Source: Elsinoe ampelina (Eukaryota). Taken from it: a DNA stretch of 64,000 nt. A program made the position numbers and the translations under genes. The notes under the pieces were generated by a model, which was not told the origin of the DNA, did no database searches, and saw nothing but the letters and a program-made list of their open reading frames with translations. Within the stretch, counting starts at the first letter, position 1, and the number at the start of each line of letters is the position of its first letter. Where the stretch lies: contig ML992511.1 in assembly GCA_010093995.1 (NCBI GenBank), positions 1,206,172-1,270,171 of the forward strand, given 5' to 3'. This document shows, one piece after another, positions 21,867 through 34,444 of the stretch.

Positions 21867-24800
21867 ATGCACCTCATCTGGTATCTCCTGTACCCTTTCA
21901 GAGGGTAGGTGGTGAGCTTAGCTGTTTTCGGGAGATACTGACACCTCTAGCACTCTTGATCCGCCCAAGTTCCGTCATGAGAATCCAATTCGTAGAGCAT
22001 TCTACCGCCATGGCGCCCTTACCGCTCGATATTGGCTACCGGCCATGTTGGCCAGCGTCACGATTGGTGTCATTCTCTCATACCCGACCGTCTTTATGCC
22101 TGATTTCCCTTCTGGCGCCAACAATGGACTACCACATCACATCTGGACCGGATCAATCTCTTTCGAGACCCGCACTGAGAAGCAACCCGATCTGGAGATG
22201 CGCCAGGTCTGGTTACAAGGTGACTATATGCAAGCCCTGAACAAATCAATCCTGCGGCAAGCCTTCAATCTCGAAAGATTGCTTCTACAAGATGAAGCGG
22301 ACAGTTCATCAACAGTGCTGCCTTCCTCAGCCTGGGGTATACAGTCCCCTTCTGTCTATTGGAACCATTCTCCCGACCTGTTTGAAGCTGACTCGAATCC
22401 GCTGAAGACCTTGAGCGGTCATGGCAGCAACCTCTCTTTACTTGGGTTTGAGCTACAGCCTCTTTCAGCTTTCGCTGGCAAAAACTACCAATCTGGCAAA
22501 TTGACCGCGGCCGATGCGCTGATCATCACTTTGGTCAACCGACAGAATGCGACAGTCGGCGACATATGGGAACGCAATCTAGCACATCTGTCAAGCAATG
22601 CACCGTCACAATGGTCTGTGGGATCACCGACCGGTCACAGCAGTATATACGAGTACAAGTTCCAACCCTTCGGCATCCGACAGTACTGGGTACTGATTGG
22701 CGCCTACGTGTGCATGGTCTTCTATGTCACCATCAGTCTCAGGAGACTGAAAGCCTTCCGCAGTAGATCTGGTCTGGTCGTCACCGCAATCACTCAAATG
22801 ACCACTTCCATTCTAGCTAGCTTCACCATTTGTGGACTGCTGAGGATCAACCTCGACCAGATTCCACAAGAAGCATATCCATTTGTTGTCTTGGCTATCG
22901 GGCTAGAGAACATTTTCCGACTTATCAATGCTGTCTTAGCATATCCACCAGAGATGGCCACGAACCAAAGGATTGCAAATGGAGTGGCCGACATTGGTGC
23001 TTCCTCCATGGTGTCAGCTGTCCAGAACCTCGCCCTTCTCTGGACACTATCTCTCTTCGTCTCACCTGGCGTCGCTGCATTTTGCGCCTTTGCAGCCATC
23101 GCCCTGATGTTCGATTTCTTCTTCCTGATCACATTCTTCCTGGCCGTTCTCAATGTAGACATCAAACGGCTCGAGCTGCAGGATTCTCTCACTAGATCTA
23201 AAAGCACGTCCGCCACGAGACCTCCTCCGAGATCACCACGGGTCAAAGCACCCGATAGACAGTCCTGGGTAGATGCTCTCTTCCGCGGAAGGCTGCCTTT
23301 CAGTACCCGCATGGCTGGTACGGTCATCACTGCAACTTTCGTCCTGGCTCTAAACTGGCACTTCTCCGACCACAATATGTCAGCCCTCCGGACGAGCCCG
23401 TGGTCATCTCCGGTTGGGAAGAAGTATCTACCAACGTTCGGCTCAGAGCAGGGCATCACTACCGCAAATGATACCGCTCCACAGTCATCGTGGATCAGAT
23501 CCAAGTCATCCACCACTGATGCTGCTGCCCAATTCATGCATGTTATCAAGCCAGGCATTCAATCGTTCACCGCTCGTATCTACGACCCTCTGGTCGTGGT
23601 GTTGAATCGATCGGATCGTACAAGCATACCACTGGCTCAGGACACATTCCTACATGCTCTGAGAGACCTCGCTATCCGTCATTTCTATCCCTTTGCTTTG
23701 GCAGTCGTCTTCATGATTGCTTTTACAACCGTCCTGATGAACTTCCTTCTATGGGACGACAGAATCGAGACACCTGAGATCGAGTTGACCGCCATGGACG
23801 AAGGCCCCGTATCTCATTCAATAATTGAGACCAGGCATGGCTTAGACATCATACGTCTCGCCGCAAGCAATTCTGGACGGGTCTTAGCAGTCGGGCTTGA
23901 CAAACGAGTCTCACTTTCTGTCAGGGATCGCACGACGGCGAAATTCACCACGACGTTGATCAGAAATACTGCATTATCCGACCACGGTCCTGCCGAGGCT
24001 TGCGTAGCCGACCCGAATTCAAGCAATATCGCTCTTCTCTATCAAGATGGCTCAATATCCTTCCTGAAGGTATCAGACAACGCTCTTTCGGAGCCAATCA
24101 AGCTTGACTTCAATCGTGTCACTCAAAGGACTCTGGTATTCGACTTCGCATCTGTAGGTACATCAAGTGCGAGTACTCTAGTTGTTCTCTTGAACGACGG
24201 CACTGTGTACGAGTCCACAGAAGATAAGACTACATTCACCAGATCAGACCTGGCCAACGAAGAGGGTGATATTGCGGCTGCTACATTGGTCAGAAGAAGT
24301 GATGACTCGCCAGTCCTGGTAGTTCTTACCAACCTCGGTTCCATCTATAGCTACAGCAAGGATGCTGGGACAGGTCATTGGATCCCCCACGAGGTCATTC
24401 AAGGAAGTACAAGACCCAACATTGCCGCACCTGCCGTACATGAGGCTTGGCTTCGTCCCGTACCTGCGCTTGGTCTTGTCCTTCTTTGTACCAGTGATGA
24501 GCTCACCATGATTGAACCAACGACATTGACCACTCATGCAAGCGTTGCTCTCCGTAATGCTGCTCGGAACTCAATACGCCTAATCTACCCTGAGTCATCA
24601 CGGTGTGGTTCTTGCGAAGCGCCAGCAGCCGCTCGCATTAGCATAGCATACATCGACACCAACGACTCTAACCTCCGAATGCTCAGCTACAGCACCCCAG
24701 GGCCCGACGACACGGATGATGGCATCCCATCTCGACCCATCTGTCTCTCAATGAACACTTCCTGCAACTCAATCACCAACATCCTCCCCGCCGTCCACAC

Positions 24801-25380
24801 TCTCCCATCGCCCGGTGTTTGGGAAGCCACATCGCAGCACATCGCCGGTCTTCGCCGCATACCCCACCGTACTCTTCCCGATATCCCCACCACACGCATC
24901 GCGATCTCATCAGCAACCAAATCGCGTCCTCCAGTAAATACGGGGGATTCACCCCTCCGCCGTAGACGACGCATATCCGCCAGCGAGCACGCCTCCGAAC
25001 CAGGAGAAGAATGGGAGGCATACGTCTGCACTCTTGATGCAGAATTACACACCAGTCCAGTGAAGGACCTGAGCGGAGAGAGCGATCACGCACTTTGGGC
25101 TGACGTACCTGGTCCTGTTGCCAAGTTCTCCGAAGACACAGTCGGGGTAGCAGTCGGGAATTGCGTGGTGGTCGTCAAGGCGAATGGATCATCCGATACA
25201 TCAGGCAGCATCAGTGGCAGAGAGCGCAGACAAAGCGGTGGTCTTAATAGGCTCATGGATGGAGGTCGGGAGGGGTTGGGGATGAGCCCGGGCCATGCGG
25301 TTGGCGTGAGAAGGAGCGCGAGCAGATCCAAAAGAGGGGCGGGATTAGGCATGACGAGAGGGGGGAAGAGGAAGGAGTAG
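21867..25380 (+). CDS. scp1: SREBP cleavage-activating protein (SCAP): sterol-sensing domain plus WD40-like C-terminus, exons 21867-21904, 21951-25380
   Basis: N-terminus 'MHLIWYLLYPFRG|TLDPP', SSD 'EAYPFVVLAIGLENIFRL', 'FCAFAAIALMFDFF', and 'DIKRLELQDSL' matching the mammalian DIRRMELADL export signal. Beta-propeller-like C-terminal half. Confidence 0.88.
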
Positions 25381-25616
25381 ATCGCCTGGCAGGACCGGTT
25401 GGCTGCTCCTTGTAGATGTACTTTTATCCCATACATTTCCGGTCCACAAGGTGTTCATGATATCAGGAGCGAGGAAAGGGAAGACGGACAAGAAAGGATG
25501 TATTGGGTATCTAACGCTGCTTTCTTTTGATCATACCATCGTAAATCATACTCTTGTTGCACAAATCATGTGCCTGTGTTCTGTCCGTCCAGCCACGCGA
25601 GTAGAGACACTCTTCA

Positions 25617-28086
25617 TCACTGCGCCATACCCTCCATTCCCGTCCTGCCCAGAGCAGGATCCACCATCGCCCCACTGCTGTTCCAGAATCTCACCTCTTG
25701 CCCGGGCCGCGTTTGATTCTCCTGCACCTGACCACCAACTGGACCAAGCACCTCCCCGTACCCCTCAGGCAACACCAACCCGCCAACAAACCTCATATCC
25801 CATGCCTTCCACCCCTCTCCGACATCGTCGTCCGTCAACCTCGTCCTGCTCAAGACCTCCTGCGTCTTTAACCCCGTACTCCTCAACCACCCCGCTACTT
25901 CCCTCAGGAACCGCTCTTTATCCTTATCCTTCTCCGACTCGCCACGTTCAGCCCCAGCGAGACCGTCACCTTCAGTAGTGTAGGGCAGAACTTCCGCAAT
26001 CTTCCTCCCCTGCGTCCTGATTACAACCAGGGAGTCATCCGTCTTGACAACGGTGCGAGGGACGAGTTGCCTCATGCGGAGGAGCATGCCACACAGTCCA
26101 CTGAAGGATGCGGCCTGTGTGACGTAGTGCCTTGGTGGCTTGCTGAGGGGCCAGTCGTCTCCGGCCGCAGCCATGTCTTGATCGGTCTGAAGGTGCTCGT
26201 CGCTGCCATCGCTGTTGTGGATGTGCTCTCTTTGGTCGAAGCGGCGGAAGAGAAGGGACATGCGCTCGACGCAGTTGAGGAGTAGTACGGTGACGAGGTA
26301 GGTCGTGAGAGGGGTGGAAGTGGCGCGGGCGAGGAGGCGGCGTTCGAGCTCGTTGGCGACGTGTTTGAAGGTCTGGCCTGCGAAGCGCTCAATAGCGTCA
26401 AGAGTCTGAGCCTGAAGGACAGCAAAGTCGGGACGAGAGGTAGACAGGAGGTGAGGGGTCTCAGTCTGCCCGTCTTCATTGGGAAGGACATAGACCAGAC
26501 TCCAGTGAAGGTCTTGTGGAGCGCAGAGGATGGTTGTGGCCGCGTGCAGATGCAGCGTCCGGGCAACAAGAATGTCTGCTGCGGCGGATGCTAGGTAAGA
26601 GATGGTCGAATGTAGTAGAGGTTGAGTCTCGAGTGAGTGGAAGGTGGAAAGAGCAGATGCGAGATAGTTGTCGACGGATAAGATGGACTCTTCGGTCTCG
26701 ACCTTCAGGGCGAGGGAGGTATTGTCCAAAGCTGTTCCGCTGCGTCCGTCATCGCTAGGCGTGTCTATCTGCAATACAGAGAAGGTCATGGGTGTATCAG
26801 TGGATCCGATGCACACCTCCAATCGTCCATGAGCCGCGTATGCAGATTTTCCATTCGCCAGGCTACCGACCGCAGCTGTTCCGCGAGCGAAGAAATAAGG
26901 TGTATTGTAGAGCGAGAACTCGTCCGCGAGACGAGTGCGTACGCATGTTGTCCTCCAGAGTCGTGGATTGCCAATCACACGACAAGTCGAGCATGGCGTC
27001 TCTCCAGAGCAAGGCTTCTTGAGCATACGACAGCGAAGACAGGCGCCGAGCTTGCGGATACCGCCCACCTCTTTGCGTCGTTCGGTTGAGAATTTGTTAC
27101 GTCTCTGACGCTTTGATGGGCGTGAAAGCAAGCCGTAGCCCTGCATGGCAGTTGTCTGCATAGCGTCATCTTCAGGGAATTGGAATGGATAGCTGGGGTT
27201 TCTTGGAAGACCGCTCTGGGCTAGTGTTGCGGACGTATGTAACGATTGGTGCTCCTCTAGTGCCGGATCCAGATTTGATGTCCTGTTCTGATCGCTCTGA
27301 ATATGCGCGCGAAGCGCTTCGAAACCACGATACTCTTCCTGGTTCATCGCGTCTTCATTTCCGCCTTTCGCTCCTGCCGTCGTCTCGTCGTCCAGATGTG
27401 CATGTAGTTCGCTTGCTGCTGATGCTGTCTGTACGAGCTGTGAAGAGCCTTTCGTCTCCTCTTCTTGAGTACTTGTCTGGTTCTGCGAAGCGCCATCTTG
27501 CCCCGAGGAGCTCGCCTCGTTCAATTGTTGTTGAAGCTGTATCATCCATTGGTCAATCTCTTGCGTCGGCTCCTGCTGTGGAGGCTGCTCTTGGGAAGGC
27601 ATGGCGGCCACTTCAGCCAGTGTATCAAGTGCTGAAGGCTCTCTATTCAAGGTGGCCGCAGGTATCGGTGCTGGCGCAACCATGGGCGGTGCTGGAGGTA
27701 TAGGAGGTGGCTGTAGAGTTCGTGAGGGAGGAGGCTGAAAAGAGGGCGGATGCTGGTGTATGAGGGGTGCTTGAGGTTGTGGTACATCTCGGCCGAGCCT
27801 TTGAGCGATCTTCTTCGTATCCATCTGTCCTTGTGCGAATGCAAAGGCTCTGGCTTTGTCGTAGTCGGTGATGTTGGGGCACTTTTCGAAGAGGTGTCGA
27901 TTCATGCCGTCGGGACGACCTTTGGGAAACTGGTATTGGTTGGGTCACGGCCAAACTGCACATTGACGTTGTACTTACGAACATGCCACACTTCTTGCAC
28001 GTATGCTCATACCGGTTGCTCTGATCATCGAGTTTTGCACCTCGCTCGAAGAATTCCTGGATGAGGAGATTTGGCTTGCGACCCAT
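25617..28086 (-). CDS. Zn2Cys6 transcription factor with N-terminal BED-like Cys/His finger, intron ~27931-27978
   Basis: 'ACLRCRMLKKPCSGETPCSTC...TTC' binuclear cluster. N-terminal 'EFFERG..RYEHTCKKCG..|FPKGR...HLFEKCP' is joined by a GTAAGT..CAG intron. Confidence 0.85.
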
Positions 28087-28833
28087 GGTGGCAGGCTGGA
28101 CGGCGGTATGACCACCGCGGATGGGTCAGCACCCAACAAAGGGGCGACTGCCAAAGGGAAAGGTGGAGTGAAGATGAGATGGTCGATGTGAATGCTCGAG
28201 TTCTGCCAGTCTCACCGCCTCGACAACTCAACACGACAAGGATGAAGAGATGTCAAGGTACACATGCGGCTCAAGTTGCGGCTCAACTCGCGCGGGTCTA
28301 GCCGTGTTACCGAGGTCAAGAAGACAACAACAACAATCTCCCACCTCACACTCTTCACAAGCATCAACTCTCTACTTACTACCAGCAACTTCATTTGGTA
28401 CGGCTTGTCCCTGGGTCAATAGTCCAGCTTCAACATGGAGAAACTGGGGCTGTTAGATTCCCCCGGATATTGTGACTAGCTCATTATCAAGCGCAATTGC
28501 AGAGCTCAACCCAGAACCCGCATTGATGAGTGTGTCTACAGAGCTCGCTTCCACGCTTGCTGTTTCGAAAGGACAGTCATCGAGCCTACTTGCTGAGCAT
28601 CGGAGCTCTACGTGAACTTTCTTGCGCGGCTTTTGGTAGTTCAAGGTACTTGTTGCTTCTCCCGTTTGTTGTTCAAGTAATTGCGCTTCAACGGCCAACG
28701 TCCTTCCTCATGCATCCAGAGACGACGTTAGTATAGGCCGTTGCACAGGATGGGTTCATCTCCACATTCAAATACAAGAGACACATCATTCCCCAACTTA
28801 TCACGAACCTTTCCAAATTGACCACTCGCCACC

Positions 28834-30355
28834 ATGAAGTCATCCATCGTTCTGCTGACGTCCTTGTCGACCCTCGGCTCTGCTCTGGTGGAGAGTGACG
28901 GTCCTACACATGCCGTCGATATCCTGGTGGGAGAGCCACATGAGGCAGTGACATGGACCAGCTGTTCCACCGAGTTGGGTGTCGGGGCGCTCGCAGGGGA
29001 GATCAGAACAGTCTACAACCCCATCGCCTCTTCGGACCGTACGCTCGAGCGCACAGTGGTTGAGACCCCCACGGAGACTCTTTCACTGCCGGAAGAGACT
29101 GTCAAAGTCACCATCGACACCGGTGTCGAGGTTGAAAAGACTCTTTACATTCCCGCGGAGACCACCTTGACTAAGACAGTGCGTGTTGCCATATAACCAT
29201 GCTGCTCTTGCTGATTGGAAATAGTTGGTCTTGACAAGGGCATCTGCTTGTACTACCGCTGGAAGTAAGCATGTACTGGCCAAGCGTGCACCACGAAGAG
29301 GCGGCCGTGAAGATGAAGGCGAAGACGAAGACCAAGACGAGGACCGCGTTGAGGAAGATCACCACGGCGGATCTGGCAGCGATGATGACGACTCTCCAGA
29401 TGAGGTCGAAGATGACCATCAAGGCCGGGTTCGCGCTAATGACGACGCTGAAGACAACCTGTACAGCGACGATGCAAACTCGACCGAAGAAGCTACAAGC
29501 TCTTCCACAGAAGACGCCCAATCAGAACCTACCGAGCAAACTTTCGGGTCTGAGGTCGAAGAGGACAGCGGCGATGACGAGTCATCAGCAACTGTGTTTG
29601 ATGATGGAAGCGTGCCTGCTACCTCTACCGAGGAAGATTCAACAGTCACTCCAGCTCCGACACCATTTACCACAAGTGTAAATGATGGCTCGGACGATGA
29701 CACCGATACCAGCGACGATGACGATACTGCATCCTCGGATGCTGCCATTACTACCAAGGTAGCGAAAGGTCGAGCCAACACCGCTGCCGGCGCTGCCGGG
29801 GACGATGATGGGAAATCTACCTCGGACGATGCTAGACCGACCAGCTCCGACGACATCAACACCCGTCGACGGACCGCGCAAGCACCCGAGACCGAAACGC
29901 TCACCAGGTTCGCGACTGAGAAGGTGACCCTCACGGTCCCAACGGCTACTGCGACCAAATCGGGTGGTCAAAAGGGCAAAGGCAAAGGCAAGGGTAAAGG
30001 CAAGGGCAAGGGTAAGGGTGGCAAGAAGAAGGGCAAGGGTAAGGGAGGCAAAGGCAAGGGCAAGGGAAAGAAACCGCAGGGTAAAAACAAGAAGATTGCC
30101 GCCCGTCAGGTCGAGCAGGCCGTCCTCAGTCCGGATTTGAAGTACCCCGTCGAGGTCGTCTGCGATCACTTCACTGGTGTTGAGGAATATATTTACAAGA
30201 CAATCATCGCTGCAGCCGCAACGGAGTATGTCGTTCCACCTCGTGTCACCGAGACTGTCACATACACCAACACTGGACCAACCAAGAACATCATCGTCAC
30301 CCAGACTACCACAACCGCTCTGTACAAGGAGTATGCCACATGCATTGGTGCATAG
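28834..30355 (+). CDS. Secreted Thr-rich protein with acidic central region and (GK)n tract, exons 28834-29178, 29225-30355
   Basis: Signal peptide MKSSIVLLTSLSTLGSA. Intron GTGCGT..CTGAT..TAG keeps frame. Dibasic site 'LAKR', D/E-rich middle, KGKGKG tract, Thr/Val-rich ends. Confidence 0.75.
29972..30073 (+). repeat. Coding hexanucleotide repeat AARGGN encoding (KG)n
   Basis: aagggcaaaggcaaaggcaagggtaaaggcaagggcaagggtaaggg...; third positions vary synonymously. Confidence 0.9.
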
Positions 30356-30528
30356 AGAGACCAGTCGTATTATAGTCACATATATAATAGTAATGCTAAT
30401 GCTCGGTGTATACTTGCATCGCCTGGATGTCTATCCTCTTTGATTTGATCTATGGTGCTTTTGCTAGCGAACCTCCGCGAGTGTAGCGCCACCAAGCAGG
30501 TACTCACGATCGAGCTGACCTTACCCGC

Positions 30529-31275
30529 TCATGACAAGCACGCCACAATCCCATGAATCGTGGACAGCGTCCCCGCCGGGTCCTCCACCGACACCGTCTT
30601 GATCCCAATCTCCTTGGGCGGGTAGTCATTCCCACCAGGAAAAATCGCATCCCCAATGAACAACATCTCCCCCAACCCAATCCCACTCACCTCACTCAAC
30701 CTCTTCAACCCGTACCCCTTGTCCACCCCTTTGCGCGTGATATCAATCGAAGTCGCCCCTCCCATGTTAATCGACAAATCAGGCAGTCTCGCCCCCAAGT
30801 CCTTCTGAATCACCTTCCGCTTCGCAAAATCCGGATCCCACACCGCCTTTGCAGAGACAGGGGCCTGTTGCCCCAACGCCGAGAACGTGATCTGACTCCC
30901 TCGATCCTCGATGCGTTCGCCCCATGTCTGCTCCGGGACGAAACCGGTGGCTTTGAGCGACTCGTCGAATGCGGTGAGGATCTTGTCCTTCTCCGCGGGG
31001 GTGAAGAGGTCGGCGTGGACGACTTCCCAGTCGGCATTCTTGTGGGTGTAAAGCTTTGTGCCGGTCGTGGGCATCATCCAGAGCTTGGAGAGGTCGGCGT
31101 GCGATGGCAGACGGCTGGCGATTTGTTTCTGGAATTGAGGCCAGTCGCCGCCCGAGATGATGGCGACGTGGGCGACGGTGAGGAGGTCGGCGAGGGCAGA
31201 GCACATGTCATCTTTCAGAGCTTGCTTGCTTTCGGCTAGAGTGCCATCGAGGTCGAAGGCGACGAGTGTGATCAT
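30529..31275 (-). CDS. HAD-IIB family phosphomannomutase-like hydrolase, bacterial type, intronless
   Basis: 'AFDLDGTLAESK', 'IISGGDWPQF', 'IEDRGSQITFSALGQ', 'GGATSIDIT..GVDK', 'FIGDAIFPGGNDYP'. Confidence 0.9.
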   Translation of the reverse strand: MITLVAFDLDGTLAESKQALKDDMCSALADLLTVAHVAIISGGDWPQFQKQIASRLPSHADLSKLWMMPTTGTKLYTHKNADWEVVHADLFTPAEKDKILTAFDESLKATGFVPEQTWGERIEDRGSQITFSALGQQAPVSAKAVWDPDFAKRKVIQKDLGARLPDLSINMGGATSIDITRKGVDKGYGLKRLSEVSGIGLGEMLFIGDAIFPGGNDYPPKEIGIKTVSVEDPAGTLSTIHGIVACLS

Positions 31276-31614
31276 TCTGATGTTCCAGGATTGTATACGG
31301 TCAGGGTTGTGGTAGAAGGTGTCTGCTGGCGTGCGTCAGCGGAAAGGGGTTCGTGTATGCGGAGTTGCCCAAAGGAGGTCGGGAGGAAGGTGCTATTACA
31401 TGACGACTCAATTTTCCTGGTAGTAACATAATAGCACATGAGCATACTTCTCACTTCACATCCTGCATTTATGCATGAGACAGATGCATGTAGCATGAAT
31501 GACATGATAAATCTTCTGTCCAGTGGCTTCACTACAGCAGCAGTACGAGGATTTCGACAAGCTCTGCAGACACTGTCGTTTCGCCAGTACCAATGGTATC
31601 GGTGAGTGAGTCAA

Positions 31615-33529
31615 CTACACAGATAGTAAAGTCTTGCTCTTCAAGAATCTGTCAGTCCTCACCTGCTCCTCATTCATGCCATCTCGAATCTCCACCCGCA
31701 GTGTCATTTCCCTTCCATCGACCAAGCTACCTAGTACCCTCGTTCCGACGTTGAGAGCCTCCTCTCGCTCCACCCATTCTCCAGTATGCTCAGTCTCTTC
31801 CTCCTCCGAATCCCAATCTTCAACTTGAGTACCCGCTGCGATGCTCGTGGCCACCGGATCTCGTTCTCCAGTCTCCCACACCAGTCGTATCGCCGAAGCC
31901 AACAACCCATAATGTCTCGCTACATGGGCTGTCATTGCATACATGGAGAAGCTCAACGTAATCTCCAGAGTATCTTTGGCTTCCTTGGTAGGTAGATGCA
32001 ATCCTCCTAGACTTGCTGGTCCCGGACCGGAGAAATAGATATGACATCTGACGAGTCTGGCAGCTATGCAATTAGGATGTGGTTGGTCGGAAGTCTCAAA
32101 TTGCTGCGCCTGGATGCTGGGGTTTCCATAGTCGTCACACAGAGCTTTGTACCGCGGATGACGAGCGATGATCTCAGCGTGTCGACTGATTGGGGAACGC
32201 GAGAGCTCCTCAGCAATGAGAAAAAGGTAGAAGGTCTCGGCGTCGAGTCTGTCCTTCACCTTGACGGCCGTAAAGTTCAGCGAAGTCAGCTCCGGCAAGC
32301 GGGCAATAACAAGCAGAGATACTTCGGTCGGCGTCAGTGGAGTACCATTTGGTCGTTTCGAGGCTGAATAAATTGGATTGTGCGCGATGCGGAGGTGTCT
32401 CAGGCCAGGCACTATAGCTGGCAGTGTGTCTACCACAGAGAAATCGGCAATGATATTATTCGACAAATCCAGTTCTGACAAGCTAGGTCGAGATCCGGAA
32501 TCAGTCCCGTTGATGACGATATTGCTTGGGTTCTTTCCCATAGAGTTGTGCTTGAGTAGCAAACGTTCTAACTTCTGACATGACTGCGCCACTGTTTGTA
32601 TGACATTGAGCTCGTCGATCTCGTTGTCGCTGAGATCCAAGACTCGGATGTTGGTCGGTATGCAAGAGTCCAAGCTCTCATTCAGCAAGTTCCGAGAGAG
32701 GTTGAGTTCAATAGCATTCGGGAACGCTTGCATCATGGTTCGAAGCTGGAAATCGTCAACGAACATCGGGCAGGGGACAAGCAAGACTCACGTCCGCCGG
32801 TAGTAGTAGCATGCCTTCAAGACTCAAGCTCCAGATATGGGTGAATGTCCGATGTTCGGTGAAGCCTCCCAGTCTATTGCATCTAGAACCAATTAGCGGG
32901 CTGACATGTATCCTCATTGGAGGTTTGGATCGCCTACTCGAGTGACAAGGATGTAAGTGCTTGACAGCCATCGATGATGTTGCCGATCTCTGAAAGCGAC
33001 TCGAAAAGATTGTAACCAATATCCAAGCTGGTAGCGTTAGGGCATATCGACTCCAGAGGTGTCTCCGCGTCATCGCTCGGTCCCGTCAGGCATTGGTTGT
33101 CAACAACCACATTATTGAGCTCATCTAGCTTGCTCTGGCGAGTAGAGATCTTATCGTAGCCTTTCTCTTCGACCACTTTGCTACTAAAAGAAATGGTCCG
33201 AGAGAAGTCGATCTCGCCAGATGCATATTTGCGTTCTACAGCCGTGTGGAGTGTCTGTGGGGAATTGGAGGGTGTGGTTGACTTGAGAAATGATGCACAT
33301 TTGTCTGATGGACTTCTGCCTACCAAATCAGAGCAGAAAAGGAATGTGGGCGAAGAGATGTACAGGTGAAGTATCGCTTGCCTTCAAAGCTGCCATCGTG
33401 TTTGCCACGATCAGGCAGATCCCACTCGACGCCAATGAACGTGCCAGATTTACCTTGTATTGAGCCAATGTATCGGATCGTACAAAGTCCACCCTTGACA
33501 CTGAGTCTTTGACCAACATGTCTCGCCAT
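31615..33529 (-). CDS. TBCE: Tubulin-specific chaperone E (CAP-Gly + LRR + Ubl-like; Pac2/Alp21 orthologue), multi-exon
   Basis: CAP-Gly 'TIRYIG..GVEWD...RGKHDG...YF', LRRs 'LNLSRN/LDLSDN/LDLSNN', 'RLDAETFYL'. Several GT-AG introns; exact junctions not all resolved. Confidence 0.88.
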
Positions 33530-33733
33530 GCCGAGTAGGTAAGATGAGTGTGTATATTGACAGTGTCATGTTTGTTGGTGGTGGATGCCTGGAGTTTTCA
33601 ATGCTGCAAAGGACGTCGGCGCGACGGCCCGCAGTTTCCGACCGCAGTCGATCATTCAAGATTTCTCGGCTCTCACTTCTCCTACAGTTCCCTCTATCTC
33701 ACAGTTCCAGCCGATCACCGTCTTCGCCTCACT

Positions 33734-34444
33734 ATGGATTATCAGAATCGTGCGGGATCAAAGTTCGGTGGTGGAGGGGTTGCGTCACAGTCAGCCACAA
33801 ATGCAGACCGCCGCGAGCGACTGCGCAAACTCGCCCTTGAGACGATCGACCTTGACAAGGATCCGTACATCTTCAAAAATCATGTTGGAGCTTTCGAGTG
33901 CCGTCTCTGCTTGACAGTGCATCAGAATGATGGATCCTATCTTGCGCACACCCAAGGTCGAAAACATCAGCAGAACCTCGCAAGGCGAGCTGCACGAGAA
34001 GCACAACTGGGCAAGGAGAGGGAAGGCGCAGTGCCGGGTATCACACAGGTTCAGGTCAAGAAGAACACAGTCAAGATTGGAAGGCCGGGCTACAACATAA
34101 CGAAGACAAGAGACCAGACAACCAAGCAATACGGCCTGTACTTCCAGATCATGCTACCGGAGATCACGCCTGGTGTGGTGCCGAGGGTGCGTTTCATGAG
34201 CGCTTTTGAGCAGAAGAAAGAGGACCCGGACAAGGCGTATCAGTATTTTCTGGTTGCTGCTGAGCCGTACGACATCTGCGCATTCAAGGTCCAGTCACGA
34301 GAACTCGACAGGAGGGATGGAAAGTACTTTACCTGGTTTGACGAGGACAGCAAGATCTTTCATGTTCAAATAACATTCAAGAGTGAGAGGGATGAGAGAT
34401 TTAGCGGCGTACCAGGACTGGCGCCGGGCATGACAAGGCGGTGA
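33734..34444 (+). CDS. PRP11: Splicing factor 3A subunit 2 (SF3a66/Sap62/Prp11)
   Basis: 'MDYQNRAGSKFGGGG', 'RRERLRKLALETIDL.KDPY', matrin-type Zn finger 'ECRLCLTVHQNDGSYLAHTQGRKHQ', 'KIGRPGY', 'RFMSAFEQ', 'AAEPY'. Confidence 0.97.
   Translation: MDYQNRAGSKFGGGGVASQSATNADRRERLRKLALETIDLDKDPYIFKNHVGAFECRLCLTVHQNDGSYLAHTQGRKHQQNLARRAAREAQLGKEREGAVPGITQVQVKKNTVKIGRPGYNITKTRDQTTKQYGLYFQIMLPEITPGVVPRVRFMSAFEQKKEDPDKAYQYFLVAAEPYDICAFKVQSRELDRRDGKYFTWFDEDSKIFHVQITFKSERDERFSGVPGLAPGMTRR

Noticed and set aside
13180..34444. Two U2 snRNP-related genes (prp5, SF3a2) in one block as a functional cluster
   Set aside because: They are 17 kb apart with unrelated genes between; likely coincidental.
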